Origin: Macrostomum hystrix
Lineage: Eukaryota > Animalia > Platyhelminthes
Length of the DNA stretch: 64,000 bases
Reading direction: 5' to 3'
NCBI GenBank assembly: GCA_950097015.1
Contig: CATNEN010000010.1
Location: 744,001-808,000 of the forward strand
Of this stretch, positions 59,280-64,000 are shown piece after piece. Positions within the stretch are counted from its first letter, which is position 1; each line of letters begins with the position of its first letter. Below the pieces are notes generated by a model. That model saw only the letters and a program-made list of their open reading frames with translations. It searched no databases and was not told where the DNA came from. Both the position numbers and the translations under genes were made by a program.

Positions 59280-60048
59280 GGGAAGGTGAAGGTATGACTG
59301 CTTGCGATTCGCGTGTCAAATACCTGCCGTCGATGTCAAAATTTCTAATTAAAAACTAAAAAACTCTCAACTGCCCATCACGTACCGCAGAACCGCCTGC
59401 ATAGACGATGAGCTGTTGTGATGGGAGACCACATGTATGCCTCTAGAGAGCTTACAATGTACTCTGTGAGAGTAGACATGCCCACGGACATACAACACTT
59501 TGGTGCTTACATTTTCCACCTTTCTTAGAGACTGTCTGTCATTCTCCTGTCCCTCAAGCCTTTTTTCCGGCAGCTTTCCATTTTCCAAAGCGTCATGAGA
59601 TGGGAAAGCCGCTAGGGTTTACTTAAAGACCATCGCCTTTCAGTATGCCGTGTCTGCCTCGGATAAAAAGTCGTTAGCTGTGGCTGAGTCCTTGGACAGC
59701 AGTCGGTGGCTCCCCACTTACTTCCTGACTGTGCTAAGTCTCATCGAGTTGGTTCCTGGCTTCCTTGACTCATCGTAGACTCATCGTAGACTCATCCTAG
59801 ACTAGACTCAAGACGATGCCTGAATGGCGATTAGAATATTTACGATTTTGCGTTTATCCTTCATAAAAAATAAAATAATGAAAGCAAGATGAAGATCTGA
59901 ATGCTAATCAAGAACAATAAATTAGCAACCTGCCTTCCTTCGAGAGCTCATCGGAGTTCAAAGTTTTCAAGCATCAATCCAATGCTCACAAGGCTTTCTA
60001 GCGACAAAATATCTGAAATTTTAGCTCCAAAAAAACAAGGCAAAGCTT

Positions 60049-60331
60049 TGTCAGCAGTCTCATGGCATTGTCAGCAGTCTCATGGCATTGTCAGCAGTCT
60101 CATAGCATTGTCAGCAGTCTCATGGCATTGTCAGCAGTCTCATGGCATTGTCAGCAGTCTCATGGCATTCTCAGCAGTCTCATGGCATTGTCAGCAGTCT
60201 CATGGCATTGTCAGCAGTCTCATGGCATTGTCAGCAGTCTCATGGCATTGTCAGCAGTCTCATGGCATTGTCAGCAGTCTCATGGCATTGTCAGCAGTCT
60301 CATGGCATTGTCAGCAGTCTCATGGCATTGT
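60049..60331. repeat. 20-bp minisatellite overlapping the stop codon of copy B
   Basis: CATGGCATTGTCAGCAGTCT units. The final partial unit (60320-60331) is coding: ACA ATG CCA TGA on the minus strand. Confidence 0.95.
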
Positions 60332-61565
60332 CTCCAGCATCAGGCGAATCCATCTCAAGCGACAGACTGAAAACCCAGAGCAGGTGTAGCGGCTGTACAT
60401 GAAGGCAAGGCCTCGATAATCCGAGTCGAGTGACGCATAGAACATTCCGTTCGGTGAAATCCAGCTGCAGTCTCCAAACCAGAAGGCAGACTTTCCCCTA
60501 GCCACGGAGCAAGAGCCAGCAGAGTCCATGTCGTTGTCCCTGTCCAGGGTGGAGAACGGCATGCCTTTGTTTTCGCTGAGTGGGTCGCCGCTAAAGTTGG
60601 AGCTGTTTGCCAGGTACTGCATCACATAGCCGGAATCGGAGCTGCCGACGGTGAAGTTGGACCACTCGGCGACGTACTGGGAGCCGTTCAGCACCGCCAG
60701 CTCGATGCGCAGAGTGGCTTTGGCGTCGGTCGTGGTACTGTGCAGAAGTTGCAGGCCTGCGTCGGCGAATGAATAGAAAGTTGGAGTCGACTGGTCTAAG
60801 TATGCTGCATTTTAAGTTGGGGTATAGGATTTCTAGGAATACAGCTCACCCTGAGAACGTGATACAGACCCGTTAAAGATAAAAAACGCTTGTGAATGTA
60901 AATCCTCAGCTTTGCCCTCCTCACCGGCCAGAAGTCGTCCTTGTTGCCGAAGCCGCGCTCGTTGTCGGTCCAGTTCCTGGCGAAGCTCACTGAGCCCGTG
61001 CGACGCTGCTGGAACACCCACAGCCTGCGGCCTCCGAGCTGCTCGATGTAGCACAGCTGTGGAGCTGAAACACGGCTCCACAGCTGTGTTGCTATACGCT
61101 TCACATTACTGAGTAGCCTAGTGGGATTTGTCACATGTCTTCCAGAGCATCTCAGCGGCTCCGTTGCCAGTGCAGCTTGGGCTCGTCGACAACGTGCAGT
61201 CTCCGCCTGCGTAGCTGGACGAGCGGCAGCCAACTTGGAGGGCGCAGAGCAGGACACACTCGAGCCTGCAGGCCGCCTTAACCGACTTGGTGCTGAAACC
61301 GCTGCAGCCGGCGAGGGACGCCGAAGTGGAAAGGACACTCGCGAGACACTCTGTCCTTGACTCGGCTGTAATGCATAAAATTCAGCTGAATTGGAAGTCA
61401 AAGTTATCAATAGTTATATGGTTATATGATTATGAATTATGGCGAAGCCAACAAGCCAGCATTGAGAGTTGCACACCTTTGACCTGTCAGCGAGAATCGT
61501 CACTCACCGTGGGTGCGCGGTAGCAGGAGAATGTTCATAGTCAGCGCGGCCACTAACACATGCAT
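60320..61565 (-). pseudogene. PAN/apple + fibrinogen-domain gene, copy B, with a 1-nt frameshift at the end of exon 3
   Basis: Exons 61565-61508, 61365-61135, 61064-60925, 60756-60320. Exon 3 is 140 nt versus 141 in A and C (TTCTGGCCG|GT vs TTCTGGGCCG|GT). It could be a homopolymer assembly error. Confidence 0.7.
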
Positions 61566-62012
61566 TGGGGATGGGTTCATCTGAGATAACTGCGCTTGAC
61601 GTGGTTTGAGCAGCGCGCTGCGAGATGTGATAAATGCTTCAATTCACGACTAGTTCAGCTTGCAGGAATGCCATTGTTATCCGATGCCAATTCTATCAGT
61701 GCAACTGCCAATTAAGTTGCTGTGCGCATCACACCTGTGGCTTTCATTTGCTTCTCATACTCGTAATTGTCTATTCCATCTCACTGGCACTTTTACCTAT
61801 TGCTTTCGGAGTTGTAAGAGAAGCTTGACAATGGTAATACCCTAATCAAATCAACCGGTGTGTTCTTGGTATTCCAGCTTCCTCACTCACTGTACTACGA
61901 GTACTTCAGGTGGAAACCTGCAGTTTAAAAAAGCCCTGCAACTTGGCGAAACCATTCAGATCAGATTAGCATCAGAAACGCCTCAAGCCCGCGTCTCCAG
62001 CATCATGCGAAT

Positions 62013-63293
62013 CTATCGCGCGCCGCAGAGTGAGAAACTCGAGCAGGTGTAACGACTGTACGTGAAATTGAGGCCCAGGAACTCCGAGCCGAATGACGCA
62101 TCAAAGATTCCATTCGGTGAGATTGACGTGCAGCTCAAGAACCAGAAGCCTGAGTTTCCCCTACCGGCAGAGCACGAGCCGGCCGACTTCAAGTTGTTGG
62201 TCCTGTCGAGGGTGGAGAACGGCACGCCTCTGACATCGCTGAGCGGGTCGCTGGTGAAGTTGGAGCTGCCTGTCAGGTACTCGTCATACCGCATCACGTA
62301 CTGGGAAGCCGCGTCGCCGACGATGAAGTTGGACCACTCGGCGACGTACCGGGAGCCGTTCAGCACCGCCAGCTTGATGCGCAGAGTGGCTTTGGTGTCG
62401 GTCGTGGTCTTGTGCAGCTGCGACAGGCCTGCGTCGGAGAATGAATAGAAGCTTTTATTCGGTTGGTATCCATCTGGAAGTGTACTTTATACGAGGAAAT
62501 AATGAAAAGGCTTACTCTGAAACTTTGATACTCACCCGTTAAACAATAAAAAGGTTTGGACTTGTTTCGACGAGCCCAAATCAGCCTTCCCCTAGCTGCC
62601 ACATCAGCCTTGCCCTGCCACATCAGCCTTGCCCTGCCACATCAGCCTTGCCCTGCCACATCAGCCTTGCCCTGCCACATCAGCCTTGCCCCCTGCCACA
62701 TCAGCCTTGCCCTGCCACATCAGCCTTGCCCTGCCACATCAGTTTTGCCCTGCCACATCAGCCTTGCCCCCTGCCACATCAGCCTTGCCCTGCCATATCA
62801 GCCTTGCCCTGCCATATCAGCCATGCCCTGCCACATCAGCCTTGCCCTTCCATATCAGCTTTGCCCTCCTCACCGGCCCAGAAGTCGTCCTTGTTGCCGA
62901 AGCCGCGCTCGTAGTCGGTCCAGTTCCTGGCGAAGCTCTCTGAGCCCGTGCGACGCTGCTGGAACACCCACAGCCTGCGGCCTCCGAGCTGCTCGATGTA
63001 GCCCAGCTGTGGAGCTGAAAAGTCAGGCCTCACGCATTCTATGAAATGCAATCTGTCACCTAGCTTCCAGTAGAATTCGGTGGCACCTTCAAGCTCCGCA
63101 CAGCTGGGACTTGTCGACAAGGCGCAGACTCCGCTTAGGAAGCTGAACGACCGACAGGTCGCGTCGAGGGCGCACAGGAGGGCGCACTCGGAACTGCAGG
63201 CTGCCTTCATTGAGTTGGAGCTCGAGCTGCGGCAGCTCAGAGCCGTAGCAGCGGAAAAGGCACTGCCAGCCTGTAAGTCGTTGCTGGCCTGGG
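62013..63293 (-). CDS. PAN/apple + fibrinogen-domain gene, copy C, with a premature stop; signal exon not located
   Basis: Exons 63293-63060, 63014-62874, 62428-62013. TGG in A and B reads TAG here; the frame continues IRMMLETRA to a TGA at 61983-61985. Confidence 0.75.
62600..62866. repeat. 19-bp minisatellite in copy C intron 3
   Basis: CCACATCAGCCTTGCCCTG units, starting a few nt from the donor. Confidence 0.93.
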
Positions 63294-63592
63294 CTAGGGA
63301 GTAAAATAACTTCAGGCGAATGCGGCAAGGGCTCCTTCTCTGAAGTTTTTGAAGTTGCTTTCCAAGTTACAGTTAAAAGCTAGCTATTTCAAATACCCAC
63401 AATTTTCTTTCTTCTGTACCTCCAGAACAAGGGCTCAAGTTTCTAGCGTCGAGATATTCAACGATTCTCGTCGGGGTGTCTGGTGGCAAAAATCCACCAA
63501 TATGGACATTGACTTAGCTGCAGGGGGCATCCTTCGGATGCAGCGGGGAGGCGTTGCCGTCCATTCCGCTAGCCCCTGGCGACCACGGGCAA

Positions 63593-64000
63593 CTAAAGCT
63601 GCGGTGTCGCGCAGGGGGATCCGGTGATGCCGGCGTCCGCAGCGCGGTCCTCCTCCGGAGAGTCCAGGAGGTGGAGAGTCGCTCGCCCGTTGGCCCTTAG
63701 GTAACGGATGAGCTGGCAGATGTTCTCAGGCCTGAAAACGTCGGGGAGATCCGGGTTTGGGCCGAGATAGGTGAGCCTGTGCTGAGTGACGGCGGGGCAG
63801 TCGCAAATAAAATGCTCTGCATCCTCAACATAGGAGAGGCTGAAGGGGCATTCCTCACTGCGGATTTTGCCTTGCAGGAAGCGGTGCCTGGCGAAACAGC
63901 CATGGCCAGAGAGGGCCATGGTAACTGCCCTGATGTTCCTGCGGTTAAGTCCAAGCAGGGCTTTGCGAAGGGCAGTGGAGGGACAAGGGACAGCAGCGCG
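63593..64000 (-). mobile_element. 3' end of LINE ORF2 (R1/LOA/I-like C-terminal zinc knuckle), open to the right edge
   Basis: [25 protein letters not shown]...CPFS...[11 protein letters not shown] matches the LxGH...CxxC...ExxxHxxxxC terminus; the second Cys reads Ser. Confidence 0.8.

Noticed and set aside
58878-59430. GATGGGAGACC resembling the 5S rRNA C box (twice)
   Set aside because: No A box or other 5S sequence; the first copy lies in upstream DNA shared with paralogue B, so local duplication explains it.
7181-62866. Regularly spaced repeats as a CRISPR array
   Set aside because: Eukaryotic spliced context; units are head-to-tail with no unique spacers; no cas genes.

Overview
This is animal (eukaryotic) genomic DNA, not prokaryotic: GC-rich spliced exons sit in AT-rich spacers, and most introns carry their own minisatellite. 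This style resembles a Macrostomum-type flatworm genome, but the species is inferred, not shown. I assembled gene models by hand from GT-AG sites, and all exon phases close except at the lesions listed. In order: FBXO38 (+); an orphan 3' exon of DHRS11 (+); a 13-exon AMPA/kainate-type glutamate receptor (-); LZTFL1 (-); ENTR1/SDCCAG3 (-); CIBAR1/FAM92 (+); PHKG (-); MOSMO (+); an unrecognised coiled-coil protein with a C-terminal CHORD/Btk-like Zn motif (+); and three tandem PAN/apple + fibrinogen-domain genes (-). Mobile DNA: LINE 3' ends at both window edges; a degenerate Crypton-type tyrosine recombinase inside ~125-bp inverted repeats; two copies of a non-autonomous Mutator-like element; nested hAT-like MITEs; and an intact, young Ty3/Gypsy (Mag-like) LTR element. 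The most interesting signals are: (1) four cilium/Hedgehog-trafficking genes among five neighbours; (2) the TIR-bounded Crypton; (3) minisatellites made of repeated CAG|GT splice-junction motifs; (4) a mosaic PAN-fibrinogen cluster that also records minisatellite birth; (5) the unrecognised Zn-finger adaptor; (6) a non-canonical LTR primer site. The very long low-complexity ORFs in the track are artefacts of the repeats. No database searches were run; homology calls rest on recalled family motifs.
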